From the NCBI GenBank assembly GCA_963700285.1, contig CAVOXA010000014.1, positions 96,001 through 160,000 of the forward strand: DNA of 64,000 bases, given 5' to 3'. The stretch is from an uncultured Chloroflexia bacterium. Its GTDB lineage: Bacteria > Chloroflexota > Anaerolineae > JAAYZQ01. The translations under genes and the position numbers were made by a program. Positions 19,883-30,217 of this stretch are shown here, piece after piece; the stretch's first letter is position 1; the number at the start of each line of letters is the position of its first letter. Below the pieces are notes generated by a model that was not told the origin of the DNA, did not search any database, and worked only from the letters and a program-made list of their open reading frames with translations.

Positions 19883-21043
19883 GTGCCCGATCTAACCCCT
19901 AGACAGAGGGTCCTTGCCGCCCTAGACCACCATCCCACCGACATGGTGCCTTTGGATTTGGGTGGCACCAAGACAACCAGTCTCAACATTCATGCCCAGG
20001 AAGCACTCTTGACCCACTTGGGCATGCATGAACCAACCCTGTGGGGTAGTTATCTCAGCCAACGCACCCACATGCCAGAGGCGCTGTCGCGCTTGCTCGG
20101 CTCGGACGTGCGGCGGGTGCAAGTCCCCCAGACTAGACTGCCCGAGGAATACACCAACCCGGTGCAGGTGGACCTGTGGGGCATCGAATGGACGCAGGAC
20201 CCCACCGGGCTCTTTCACGTCAGCCGGCCACCTCTGGCTGGAGCCGAGGGAGCAGAGAGCCTGAGGCGTTACGCTTGGCCCAGCCCAGAGAGCCTGGAAC
20301 CGGTGGACGAGCTGGCCGCGGCGGCCCGAGAACTCCGGGTCAAGACCGACTGTGCCGTCTGTCTCGATCTGCCCGACCTGGTGGTCCACACCTCTCAGAA
20401 TATGCGCGGCTATCAAGCCTGGTTGATGGACACAGCCACCAACGCGGTGTTCTTGGAGAGCTTGATGGACAAGATCGCCGATATCTATGTGGCCATGGTG
20501 ACGTACCTCCTGGCCGCCGTTGGCGATAGCATCGACCTGGTGATGGTCTGCGACGACATCGCCGTTCAGCGCGGCCCCCTGATACGGCCTGAGGTCTACC
20601 GCAGTCTCATCAAGCCTCGCCAGGCGCGCATCCTGGCCGCCATCCGGTCCAGCACGAAGGCCAAGATCGTCTTTCACACCTGTGGCTCGGTCTATTGGGC
20701 GCTGGGTGACCTGGTGGACCTCGGGATTGATGGCCTGAATCCTGTGCAGACGGCCGCCGCCGAGATGGATCCGGTGAGGCTCAAGCGCGAGGTTGGCGAC
20801 GAGATCTGCTTCTGGGGTGGCATCGACACCCAGCACATCCTGCCCTTTGGCAACCCAGAAGAGGTCCGCGCAGAAGTCCGGCGCATGATTGAGGCCCTGG
20901 CCGCCGATGGCACCGGGTATGTGCTCGGCCCGGTCCACATCGTACAGGCAGAGGTTCCGCCACAGAATATCCTGGCCATGGCCGAAGCAGGCCACCACTA
21001 CGGTGCACGCCAGATGAATCGCGGGCTCGCAGCTCACGGTTGA
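19883..21043 (+). CDS. URO-D/MtaA-CmuA family protein (copy 5)
   Basis: VPLDLGG, CDDIA, HTCG, LNPVQ, WGGIDTQ; GTG 19883 after GGAGG. Confidence 0.9.
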   Translation: MPDLTPRQRVLAALDHHPTDMVPLDLGGTKTTSLNIHAQEALLTHLGMHEPTLWGSYLSQRTHMPEALSRLLGSDVRRVQVPQTRLPEEYTNPVQVDLWGIEWTQDPTGLFHVSRPPLAGAEGAESLRRYAWPSPESLEPVDELAAAARELRVKTDCAVCLDLPDLVVHTSQNMRGYQAWLMDTATNAVFLESLMDKIADIYVAMVTYLLAAVGDSIDLVMVCDDIAVQRGPLIRPEVYRSLIKPRQARILAAIRSSTKAKIVFHTCGSVYWALGDLVDLGIDGLNPVQTAAAEMDPVRLKREVGDEICFWGGIDTQHILPFGNPEEVRAEVRRMIEALAADGTGYVLGPVHIVQAEVPPQNILAMAEAGHHYGARQMNRGLAAHG

Positions 21044-21074
21044 GAGCATTGACGTCGGAAAGGAGATCGGGACC

Positions 21075-22229
21075 ATGGCCAAGATGACATCGAGAGAGCG
21101 CGTGCTGGCCAGCCTAAACCACCAGGAGCCGGATCGGGTCCCTCTGGACATCGGCGGCGGTATCAGTACGAGCGTTGTGGTTGAGGGCTATGACCAGCTC
21201 AAAGACCACCTGGGCATACCGGGCGAGACACGGGAGATGAGCAAGGCCTTCCGCGTGGCCTGGGTGGATGAGGCGGTGAGGCGGCACCTGGGCGCCGACC
21301 TCTATCCTCTCCTGATCAGGCCTCCAGCCAATTGGACACCGCCGCCCAGCGAACCGGGGACCATGATCGACGATTGGGATGTCAAATGGAAGCGGACACC
21401 CTACGGCGACAATTGCTACTATTGGGAAATGGTCAGCCATCCTCTGGCTGAGGCCACCGTCGAGGACCTGGAAACCTTTCCCTGGCCCGACCCCTGGGAT
21501 CCCGGACTAACCGCTGGCCTGGAGGACGAGGTCAAGGCCCTTTACGAGGACACCGACTATGCCATCATGGCGGATGCCCGCTTCAAAAGCTTCTGGGAGC
21601 TGGGCTATATGCTGCGGGGCATCGAGCAGATGTACATGGACCTGCTCCTGAATCCCGAGTTCGTGACGGCTTTGATGGACAGACTACTGGCACTCAACAT
21701 TGTCGTCACCGGACGCTTTCTCGACATTGCCGGCCCTTACATCCAGGTCTTTCGCACCACCGACGATATGGCCACCCAGCAGCGGTTGATGATGAAGCCC
21801 GAAACCTACCGCCGCCTGCTCAAGCCCTACTATCGCAAGTATATCGACTTTGTCAAGTCCAAAACCGAGGCCAAGATCTTTTACCACAGCTGCGGCAACA
21901 TCGTCGACATCATCGATGACCTCGCCGAAATCGGCGTCGACGCCATCAACCCGGTCCAGGTCTCGGCCATGGCCGACACCGCAGGGCTCAAGGCTCGCTT
22001 TGGGCACAAAATGAGCTTCTGGGGCGCCATCGACTCACAGCGGGTACTGCCCTTTGGCAGCGTTGAGGATGTGGAAGCCGAAGTCCGGCGGAGAATCAGG
22101 GATCTGGCGCCCGGCGGCGGCTATGTGGTCGCCGGTGTACACACCATCCAACCCGACGTGCCGCCCCAGAACATCGTTGCCATGGCCGGGGCGGTACGCA
22201 AGTGGGGTACTTATCCACTGGCTGTTTGA
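21075..22229 (+). CDS. URO-D/MtaA-CmuA family protein (copy 6)
   Basis: RERVLASLNHQEPDRVPLD, TDDMA, HSCG, INPVQ, GGGYV..HTIQPDVPPQN. Confidence 0.9.
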   Translation: MAKMTSRERVLASLNHQEPDRVPLDIGGGISTSVVVEGYDQLKDHLGIPGETREMSKAFRVAWVDEAVRRHLGADLYPLLIRPPANWTPPPSEPGTMIDDWDVKWKRTPYGDNCYYWEMVSHPLAEATVEDLETFPWPDPWDPGLTAGLEDEVKALYEDTDYAIMADARFKSFWELGYMLRGIEQMYMDLLLNPEFVTALMDRLLALNIVVTGRFLDIAGPYIQVFRTTDDMATQQRLMMKPETYRRLLKPYYRKYIDFVKSKTEAKIFYHSCGNIVDIIDDLAEIGVDAINPVQVSAMADTAGLKARFGHKMSFWGAIDSQRVLPFGSVEDVEAEVRRRIRDLAPGGGYVVAGVHTIQPDVPPQNIVAMAGAVRKWGTYPLAV

Positions 22230-22376
22230 CATGCGGCGGAGCTCGGACCCTGAACAGAAGCATCGTCCAGCGGTATCGCGACACCATCTTCCAGAGCCGT
22301 TGGTTTCGACCGACCGGCCTTGCCCGATGCACCACTGCGAGTACAATAACAAGCGCCTCCAGCAGGGGAGAGATCC

Positions 22377-23222
22377 ATGAAACTGAAACGACATCAGCGC
22401 CAGGCCAGGATTCTTGAAAATCTGCGCCAGCGAGGCTATGTGGCGGTCGACGACTTGAGCCAGTCGTTGGACGTCTCGGCCATGACCATCCGCCGCGACT
22501 TGGACCAGCTCCAGGAGCTCGGTCTTGTCTCTCGCCACTATGGCGGCGCGACATTGCCAGCGGATCTGAATTCGGCTCTGGAGGGCAACCGTCACGCCAG
22601 CAGCCTGGAAATGCGCGAAGGGGCCAGCCTGGATCTGGAGCGGGGCAGCATCGAGTGGCCGTGGCGCATCCGCCAGAGCATCCATGCTGAAGAAAAGAAA
22701 AAGATCGGCAAGCGGGCTGCCGAGTTGGTACAAGACGAGCAAGTGATCGTCATTGACGCCGGAACGACGACCTACGAGCTAGCCAAGAACATCGCCGACA
22801 AGCACTTGACGGTCATCTGCAACTTTTTGCCGATCCTCTGCCTATTGTCCAGCCAGCGCAACATCAACCTCATCGGTGTTGGCGGCCACCTCGAGTGGGA
22901 CAACCAATGGTTCACCGGCTCAGAAGTAATTCCCACCCTACAAGCCATGAACGCCAACGTCGCCATCATGGCCACTTCCTGCCTGTCGCTCAGCAAGGGG
23001 CTGACCAATCGCCTACAGCCTGATTCCCAGATTAAGCGGGCGATGGTCGACATCGCTGAGAAGGTGATCCTAGTGGCGGACAGTTCAAAGATGCATCTGA
23101 GCACGCTGGCTTCGGTCGGTCCCGTTGAGCTGGTGGATACCTTTGTCACCGACCCCGGGCTCAAAAATGAGGATAGGCAAGCACTCGAGCAACGCGGCGT
23201 TGAGGTAATCATTGCCGAGTAG
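22377..23222 (+). CDS. DeoR/GlpR family transcriptional regulator
   Basis: VSAMTIRRDL HTH, IDAGTT, VADSSK, FVTD. Confidence 0.93.
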   Translation: MKLKRHQRQARILENLRQRGYVAVDDLSQSLDVSAMTIRRDLDQLQELGLVSRHYGGATLPADLNSALEGNRHASSLEMREGASLDLERGSIEWPWRIRQSIHAEEKKKIGKRAAELVQDEQVIVIDAGTTTYELAKNIADKHLTVICNFLPILCLLSSQRNINLIGVGGHLEWDNQWFTGSEVIPTLQAMNANVAIMATSCLSLSKGLTNRLQPDSQIKRAMVDIAEKVILVADSSKMHLSTLASVGPVELVDTFVTDPGLKNEDRQALEQRGVEVIIAE

Positions 23223-23286
23223 ACTGCCCACACACCCACTTTGCGAAGTGTGTTTAGCCCTCATGCACCCAAAGGAGAGAATCGAG

Positions 23287-24330
23287 ATGAACAGCCGAGA
23301 CCGCGTCAAGCGAGCCATCCACTTCCAAAAGCCCGATCAAGCGCCCATTTCTCACGCGGTTCTGCCCGCCGCCCAACTAAAGTACGGCCAGGCGCTGAAC
23401 GAAATCCTGGCCGAGTACCGCGAGGATTTCGGCTGGGACTATATGGAGGACCTGCCCGTCGAAAAGTTCCCAGCACTCTACAAGGAGGGCCGCCACAGCG
23501 ATGACTTTGGCACAGTGTGGCAGGTAGAGTGGATGGGCATCTGCGGCATTCCGGTCGAATGGCCCATTGCCGACCTGGACCGCTACGACGAATACCGGTG
23601 GCCGGCCGGCTTTACAGCCGGACCTCCTTCGGGCCGCCAATACAGCGGCCACATGTGCGGCTTTGACGAACGCTGGTACGCGCGCGGGGCATGGATCACG
23701 TTCTTTGAGCAGCTCCAGCAACTGCGCGGTATGGAAAACCTCATGATTGACATTGCCCAGGAATCGGCGGGCTTCTACCGGCTTCTGGATGACATGCTAG
23801 CCTTCAACCTACGCTGGATTGACAGATGGACGGTGCTCGAGTACGAAGGTCTGCACTTTGCCGACGACTGGGGCGCGCAGCGCCGCCTCTTGATCAAGCC
23901 AGACACCTGGCGGCGCGTATTCAAGCCGCGCTATGCCGAAATGTTCCGCAAGGTGCGTGAGGCCGGCATGGACGTCTGGTACCACAGCGATGGCCACATC
24001 AACGACATCTTGCCCGACCTGATTGAGATCGGTGTGGACGTCATCAACTGCCAGGTGCCCACTATCGGCCACGAATGGCTGGCCCAGAATGCCCGCGGCA
24101 AGGTCGCCTTCCGTACCGATATCGACCGGCAGCAAGTCATGCCCTTTGGCTCACCGGCGGAGGTCAAGGAAGAGGTGCAGCGCGTCTTTGAGGCCTGCGG
24201 CACGCCCGACGGCGGCATCGTCGCCTGCGGCGAGATCAGTCCCGAAGTACCACTGGCAAACATCCATGCCATGTACGAGGCCTTCAGGGAGTATGGGACG
24301 AAGGTAGAAGCTCTTGCCCGGGGAGCGTAG
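23287..24330 (+). CDS. URO-D/MtaA-CmuA family protein (copy 7, divergent)
   Basis: LRGMENL, FADDWG, HSDG, DIDRQ..PFG; ATG 23287 after AAGGAG. Confidence 0.85.
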   Translation: MNSRDRVKRAIHFQKPDQAPISHAVLPAAQLKYGQALNEILAEYREDFGWDYMEDLPVEKFPALYKEGRHSDDFGTVWQVEWMGICGIPVEWPIADLDRYDEYRWPAGFTAGPPSGRQYSGHMCGFDERWYARGAWITFFEQLQQLRGMENLMIDIAQESAGFYRLLDDMLAFNLRWIDRWTVLEYEGLHFADDWGAQRRLLIKPDTWRRVFKPRYAEMFRKVREAGMDVWYHSDGHINDILPDLIEIGVDVINCQVPTIGHEWLAQNARGKVAFRTDIDRQQVMPFGSPAEVKEEVQRVFEACGTPDGGIVACGEISPEVPLANIHAMYEAFREYGTKVEALARGA

Positions 24331-24377
24331 CTTCGTCGTCCAGACAGAGACCCAGGCAGGACGGCACTACCCCCACT

Positions 24378-24405
24378 TTGCAAAAGGCCCCCTTAATGCT
24401 ACAAT
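24378..24405 (+). promoter_or_regulatory. Sigma70-type promoter for the MFS gene
   Basis: TTGCAA-16 nt-TACAAT with extended TG. Confidence 0.55.
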
Positions 24406-24446
24406 GAGCCCTAGCAGGAACCGTCCAGGAGGCACGAGGCAGCCAC

Positions 24447-25709
24447 ATGGAGAGCATTCCGTCAGGTACCAGCGGAGCCAAACCCCTGCTGGGCAACATA
24501 CCCTTTCTCCGGCTGTGGGCTGCTCAGTTCACCTCGATTGCCGCTGTCTATGCCGTGACCCTGGCCGGAATCACCCTGGTCGAAGAGCTGACCCACTCCA
24601 CGGCGCTGAACGCCGTGACACTCGTGTCGGCCATCCTGCCCGCCTTCCTGGGTTCGCTGGTATCAGGCGCCGTGGTCGACCGCATGGGGCGGGTACGCGT
24701 GCTCATCGCCAGCCAGGTGGCCTGGGCCCTGTCCGCCCTGGCCTTCTGGGCCGCCACGGGGTTGCTGTCCCCGACCTGGGCCATCCTCGCCGTCTTTGTC
24801 ACCAACACCACCATGGCTCTCGTGACCCAGTTCGCCATGTCGGCCGAGTACGCACTGCTGCCCGACTATGTGGGCCCGGTTCAGCTTTTGCAGGCCAATA
24901 CCCTATTCCAGATCAGCCTGGTCGCCGGTGAGGGAGTGAGCATATTCCTACTGGCCCCGCTGCTGATCAAGGCCTCCGGTATCGCCGCTGTTGGCCTGGC
25001 CGCGGTTATCCTTTGCTTGCTGGCCCTGGCCCTTGTCGCCAAACTGCCCCGGGAGAAGACGCGGTCCCGCCAGTCTTCCGGAGAGGGCTGGGACTGGGTT
25101 GCCCTGGCCGCCGACCTGCGGGCTGGCTGGCGCGCCATCGCCCGGGACCGCGTACTGGGCCTGGTGACAATCCAGGCCACGGTGGCCGCCGCCCTGCTGC
25201 TCATCCTCATCGCGCTGCTGCCTGGGCTGGCTTCCCGGCAGTTGGGAGTCGGTGCCGAGAACGTGCCCTTTTTGTTGCTGCCCGGCGGCCTGGGCTTTGT
25301 CCTGGGGATGGTGGCCGTGAACGGGTGGGAGGGTCAGCTGAGCCGGCTGGCCTGGATAGGCTGGGGACTGGCCGGGCTGGGGCTGGGCATCGGCCTGCTA
25401 GCCGCCGCTAGTGGTACACCGCCGGTGCTGGGGCTGATGCTGGCCTCCTTTCTGGTCATGGGCTTTACCTTTGCCGTTGCCCTTATCCCGGCCCGTACCG
25501 TCTTTCAAGAACGCCCACCTGCCGAGGTGCGCGGCCGGGTCATATCTGCCCAGTTGGCCCTGGGCAACGCCGCAGCGGTACTGCCCCTGCTGCTGGGCGG
25601 CAGCCTGGCCGACCAGATCGGTATCCAGCCCGTGCTGGCCCTCATGGCCCTGGTGGCCCTGGCAGCCGGCGCTGGCGGATTGTGGTTTGCTCGGAGGCAG
25701 GGGCGCTAG
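24447..25709 (+). CDS. MFS transporter (DHA3/H+ antiporter-like)
   Basis: FLRLW.AQ, GAVVDRMGR motif A, RGRV, about 12 hydrophobic segments. Confidence 0.88.
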   Translation: MESIPSGTSGAKPLLGNIPFLRLWAAQFTSIAAVYAVTLAGITLVEELTHSTALNAVTLVSAILPAFLGSLVSGAVVDRMGRVRVLIASQVAWALSALAFWAATGLLSPTWAILAVFVTNTTMALVTQFAMSAEYALLPDYVGPVQLLQANTLFQISLVAGEGVSIFLLAPLLIKASGIAAVGLAAVILCLLALALVAKLPREKTRSRQSSGEGWDWVALAADLRAGWRAIARDRVLGLVTIQATVAAALLLILIALLPGLASRQLGVGAENVPFLLLPGGLGFVLGMVAVNGWEGQLSRLAWIGWGLAGLGLGIGLLAAASGTPPVLGLMLASFLVMGFTFAVALIPARTVFQERPPAEVRGRVISAQLALGNAAAVLPLLLGGSLADQIGIQPVLALMALVALAAGAGGLWFARRQGR

Positions 25710-25845
25710 ATGAGGGCATCTTGGCAGCTCGCATCGCCTCCGTGCCGAGATGCCCGGCGCTGAAGCGAGCAGAAACCGCCAGGTCTGTGACCTGGCTTGA
25801 GCAGAGCTACTGTCTGTTTTGTGAAAGGTCCCTGAGGAGGGAAGC

Positions 25846-26490
25846 ATGTCAAATCGTGAGCGCAGTACCTGGGTTTTTGGGGCCGGCTTGCTGGCAGCCG
25901 CGGCCTGGCCCGCCTACCTACTCACCATCCGGCGCTGGCACGCGCGTTGGGGGGCCACCGATGGTGAAGTACAGGCCGTAATGCCCGGCGACGACATCGT
26001 CGCCGGGCCCTGGGACGTCACAACCCGCGCCGTCACCATTGCCGCGGTGCCGGCGCAGGTCTGGCCCTGGCTGGCCCAGATGGGCTACCAGCGGGGCGGC
26101 ATGTACAGCTACGACTGGATCGACGAGGCCCTGGGCGTCCTGGACAGCCCCAGCGCAGACCAGGTACTGCCCGAATTCCAGGACCTGCAGCCCGGCGACG
26201 AGATCCCCATGGGCAACAGTCCCGGCTGGCCGGTGGCAGCCGTCGAGCCCAACCGGTCGCTAGTAATGGACATCCGGCATCCCGGCATCCACATCAGTTG
26301 GTCGTTTCTCCTGGAAGCCACCGATGAGGGGCACACGCGGCTGATCCTTAGGATGCGAATCAAGCTGCGCCCCCTGGTCCAGCTCGTATCGTTTTTTCCC
26401 GTTTCAGATTTTGGCCAGTTCCTGATGACGCGCCGGATGCTGCTGGGCATCAAGGAGCGAGCTGAGGCTCTTGCCACCGCCCTTGGCTAG
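25846..26490 (+). CDS. SRPBCC-like protein
   Basis: WGAT..E..MPGDD, TRAVTI, VWPWLAQMG..RGGMYSYDW, MLLGIKERAE. Confidence 0.75.
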   Translation: MSNRERSTWVFGAGLLAAAAWPAYLLTIRRWHARWGATDGEVQAVMPGDDIVAGPWDVTTRAVTIAAVPAQVWPWLAQMGYQRGGMYSYDWIDEALGVLDSPSADQVLPEFQDLQPGDEIPMGNSPGWPVAAVEPNRSLVMDIRHPGIHISWSFLLEATDEGHTRLILRMRIKLRPLVQLVSFFPVSDFGQFLMTRRMLLGIKERAEALATALG

Positions 26491-26940
26491 TACCTTGATA
26501 CGGGCAACCTCCCGAGCTTTGGGTACGAGGGGCCTCACGTTGTTCCCGCCCCCACCGGGCAAGGGGATCCTTGCATGCCATAATAGCGCCCACGCAGGGC
26601 CCGTTCGTAGTACGCACTCGTAAACCTTGCACCAAACTTCCCACGCTGACCCCAGTTGCTGCCTATCCATAGCAGCGGGCGGGCAGGCCCTGTAGGTTGG
26701 CATGCATCTGGGGCCAGGCTCCGTCGCGTCCTGGTCCACGCTTCTTCGTCCGAGCACCGGAGCCAAGACTACAAAGAAACCGCGGCGGCCGCTCTGTGTT
26801 CAAAACCGACGTGGCCCAGTACATCGACTGGTCCGCGTCCAGCGGCACTGGCGGCTGACACCTCTAGATCACCAGGCTCAGCCTTCAGCATCAGCGACAA
26901 GCCTGGTGAGACCCTGCATCTGGCTGGCGGCCAGGCGCGT

Positions 26941-26969
26941 TTGACTCCCTTTCTCTCTGAGGCTATAAT
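26941..26969 (+). promoter_or_regulatory. Sigma70-type promoter for the sulfatase
   Basis: TTGACT-17 nt-TATAAT. Confidence 0.7.
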
Positions 26970-27035
26970 CGCCTGCCGGGACCTGCCAAACTGGGACCAC
27001 GACATCGGCATGCACATTTCAGGAGTGTACAAACT

Positions 27036-29033
27036 GTGGATCGGAAAAAGGGCGAGCGCGACAAACGCCGCATGGAGCTGACGGCCATTACCATGGCCGC
27101 CGCCGTGGGCCTGGGTTGGGGCTTGGTCTTTGGCCTCCTCGATGCCCTGCCGGCTCTGCTGGAGGGCGATCCCCTGGCCGCCCTGGGCCGGCGCTTGCTG
27201 ACCGTGACCTACGTCGCCGTATTCTACGCCCTGGTTTTTGGCCTGGTACTGGCTCTGGCTGGTACGGTCGTGTGGGCTGCCCTATACTTCAGCCACCGCC
27301 GCGCCAATCTGTCCGACCTCTTTGCCCTATACATCGGCCTCGCCGTCGCCCTGTCGGCAGCGGCCTATGGCCTCCAGCACTACCAGGGGGGCTCTACCGT
27401 ACTGGTGATCATCCTGGCGGTGCTGGCCGGCGGTATCGCCGGCTGGCTTGCCCGTGCGGCAGCTGCCGCTACGATCGCGGACGCTCCCAGGCGAGGCGAA
27501 AGGCTACAGAGCGTTGTCATCTGGGTCTTTGTCGCCTGCTCCCTGATCTTGCTTGGGGCCGCTGTCTTTCACATTTCCATCCGCGACCTGGCCGCCTTCA
27601 ACCCCCGCGTCACCGACCAGCGGCCCACACCGGAACGCCCGAACATTGTACTTGTCTCTATCGATGCCCTGCGCGCCGACGGCCTGGGCATCTATGGCAA
27701 CAGCCCGGCCGTCAGCCCCAACATCGACGCCCTGGCCAAACGCGGCCTGGTCTTCCAGCAGGCCATCAGCCAGGCCAGCTCCACAGTGCCATCGATTGCC
27801 TCTTTCCTGACCTCACTGTATCCCACCGAACTGGGCATCATCACGGGCAGGAAATGGATCATCGACGACATGCGCGTTACTGTCGCCGAAGCGCTGCAGG
27901 CAGCGGGCTATCGCACCCAGGCCTTCGTCACCAACGGCCACCTGGTCCCAGCCAAGGGCTATGCCCAGGGCTTTGATGATTATGTGGCCCCGGAGCCGGG
28001 CCGCCCTTATGGCCTCGACCGGCTGCGAGCCGAGACATCAGTGATCGGCCTGGTCTGCCGCCAGGGAGGCCTCGTCTGCGACACATTTAGTGATGGGTAC
28101 ACCCTGTTCTTCGACCGGCTGCTGGTCATGCAGAACGGGGGCGGGCGGGTCAACGGTCTTGCCCGGCGCTTCATCCGCTTGCATCGCGACGAGCAGTTCT
28201 TCCTCTGGCTCCACTATATGGAGCCCCACGCCCCCTACGATCCCCAGCGACCCTTCGGCGGCATTCCCGGCTCTGTCAGCCCAGAGCGTGAGGATTTCCT
28301 GCGGGCCTGGACGCCCGCCAACAAGACCACGCCCATGGTTGCGCGCCCCGACGACCTGGCCGCTGTCCGTGCCCTGTACGGCGGCGAGGTCCTGGACGTA
28401 GACCACTGGATCGCTGCCATCTGGCAGGAGATCGAGGCCCAGGGGCTGGACGGCAGCACGTTCCTGGTCATCACCGCCGACCATGGTGAGGAATTCAACG
28501 AACATGGCGGCTTTGGCCACGGCCATACCGTCTACCAAGAATTGGATTGGGTACCTTTGATCTTTGTCGGGCCTCAGGTGGCAGAGCCGGGCAGCCTCGT
28601 GGAAAGACCGGTCCCGATGCTCGATCTGGCCCCCACCCTCATCGACATAGCGGGCGCGCCGTCGCCCGATCTGGCTCACGGGCAGAGCCTGCTGCCAATT
28701 CTTCAGGGCCAGGAACTGCCGCCCGTTGCCATCTACACCGAGTCACCTGCCCGCCGTTCCTCGTACGACCATAAGGCCCTGCGCCAGGGGGACTATAAGC
28801 TGGTCTACAACGCCAAGCTCGACCAGGCCGAATTGTACAACCTGCGGAACGATCCCGGCGAGCAGCACGACCTCTCGTCCGCGGAACCGCAGCGGGCCGC
28901 CGCCATGCGCGACCAACTCCGCGCCTGGACAGCCAGCACCATGGAGACCTGGGCTTCACTTCCTCACGCGCGCGGCGAGGCCGATGAAATGGACGCGGCC
29001 ATGGAAGAAGCCCTGCGCCAGATCGGCTACTGA
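27036..29033 (+). CDS. Membrane-anchored sulfatase-like (alkaline phosphatase superfamily) protein
   Basis: N-terminal TM helices, PNIVLVSIDALRAD, STVPSIAS, HYMEPHAPY, ADHGEE, ELYNL..DPGE, ALRQIGY; start may be ATG 27072. Confidence 0.88.
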   Translation: MDRKKGERDKRRMELTAITMAAAVGLGWGLVFGLLDALPALLEGDPLAALGRRLLTVTYVAVFYALVFGLVLALAGTVVWAALYFSHRRANLSDLFALYIGLAVALSAAAYGLQHYQGGSTVLVIILAVLAGGIAGWLARAAAAATIADAPRRGERLQSVVIWVFVACSLILLGAAVFHISIRDLAAFNPRVTDQRPTPERPNIVLVSIDALRADGLGIYGNSPAVSPNIDALAKRGLVFQQAISQASSTVPSIASFLTSLYPTELGIITGRKWIIDDMRVTVAEALQAAGYRTQAFVTNGHLVPAKGYAQGFDDYVAPEPGRPYGLDRLRAETSVIGLVCRQGGLVCDTFSDGYTLFFDRLLVMQNGGGRVNGLARRFIRLHRDEQFFLWLHYMEPHAPYDPQRPFGGIPGSVSPEREDFLRAWTPANKTTPMVARPDDLAAVRALYGGEVLDVDHWIAAIWQEIEAQGLDGSTFLVITADHGEEFNEHGGFGHGHTVYQELDWVPLIFVGPQVAEPGSLVERPVPMLDLAPTLIDIAGAPSPDLAHGQSLLPILQGQELPPVAIYTESPARRSSYDHKALRQGDYKLVYNAKLDQAELYNLRNDPGEQHDLSSAEPQRAAAMRDQLRAWTASTMETWASLPHARGEADEMDAAMEEALRQIGY

Positions 29034-29099
29034 GGTCCAACCCATGGAACGGCCAGCCGCCGCCACCATCCCTGACAGCGCCATGTCTCCACAGTTCCG

Positions 29100-30010
29100 G
29101 CCCCATCTGGACCGGACTGATCGTTGGGCTGGCCTGGGGTCTTCTGGCTGCCTTCCAGGATGGCCTGCCCCTGCTGCTCTAGGGCTCGATCCTGACCTAC
29201 TTGGGCCTCCGGCTTCTGAACTACGGCTACGATCCCACGATCAGCCCCACTATCAATGCCCTGGCCCAGCGTGGCATCCGCTTCGACCAGGCTTTCGCCC
29301 AAGCTCCCTGGACCGAGCCTTCGTTGGCCTCCTTGCTCAGGTCCCTCTATCCCAGCCAACTGGGCATCTCCTGCCAGGCCGTCATCAAGTTACCAACCCC
29401 ACCTGGATGAGCAGCGGGTTACCCCGGCCGAGGCGCTGCGCGACGCCGGGTATCACGCCGCCGCCTACCTGACCTGCCCCTGGCTGACGGCCGAGTTGGG
29501 TTTTGACCAGGGCTTTGGGACCTTCGAGACCACACGCGCCGAGGAACCCTTTGACCTGGGTCCCACCCGCGGCCGGGCGCTGGGCTGGCTCCTGGGCTGC
29601 CCGGAGAATTCGGCAGCCTGCAGCCCTACAACCTCGAGCCGCTTTTCCGTCCTCTGCCCGAGGGATCCCTGGCCAGTTCAGAAGCGATACTCAAAGGGAT
29701 AGGCTACTGGCGTCTGGGCGATGCCTTTGCTCCCCGGGAGATTCTGATGCCTCGGGACGTTGAAAGCCTCACCGCACTCTACAATGACGAGGTCCACCAC
29801 CAGGACTGGCTGGGAGGGACTGTAGGCCAGCTTGCGCTCTATGACCTGGAGGCTGACCCGACCGAACAAGAAGATGTGGTAATCGAACAGCCCCAGGTCC
29901 TAGAGTCAACGAGCAGCGACCTTCTGGGCTGGCTTGATCATGCACATGGATCCCTTCGGGACCTTCCGCGTTTCGCTCCACCAACCGAGTGCACCGACGC
30001 AGTGTGGTAA
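29100..30010 (+). pseudogene. Decayed, internally deleted sulfatase paralog
   Basis: Fragments in different frames: YGYDPTISPTINALAQRGIRFDQA..WTEPSLAS, AEALRDAGY, LGFDQGF, LYDLEADPTE. Confidence 0.7.
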
Positions 30011-30217
30011 CGCCAGCCCCAAAGACTAGCCACGTGGCCAATGCGAAATCCCCCAGATGGCCAATGTGACAGTACGCGTCATGCGTTATACTAACCTGTA
30101 GAGGTCCAGTACAGATTTGGTCCCCGTACCTCTGGTGCGCGAGCAAACGGCAGTCATTCGCCGAGTACTGACGCACCAGGAGCGAGGGGCGGGCCAGGTC
30201 GGGAAGATGGGGGAGAC

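Noticed and set aside
26490-26940. 450-bp intergenic region with a possible extended -10 (TGCCATAAT) and short ORFs
   Set aside because: No recognisable RNA structure or protein motif; cannot support a feature
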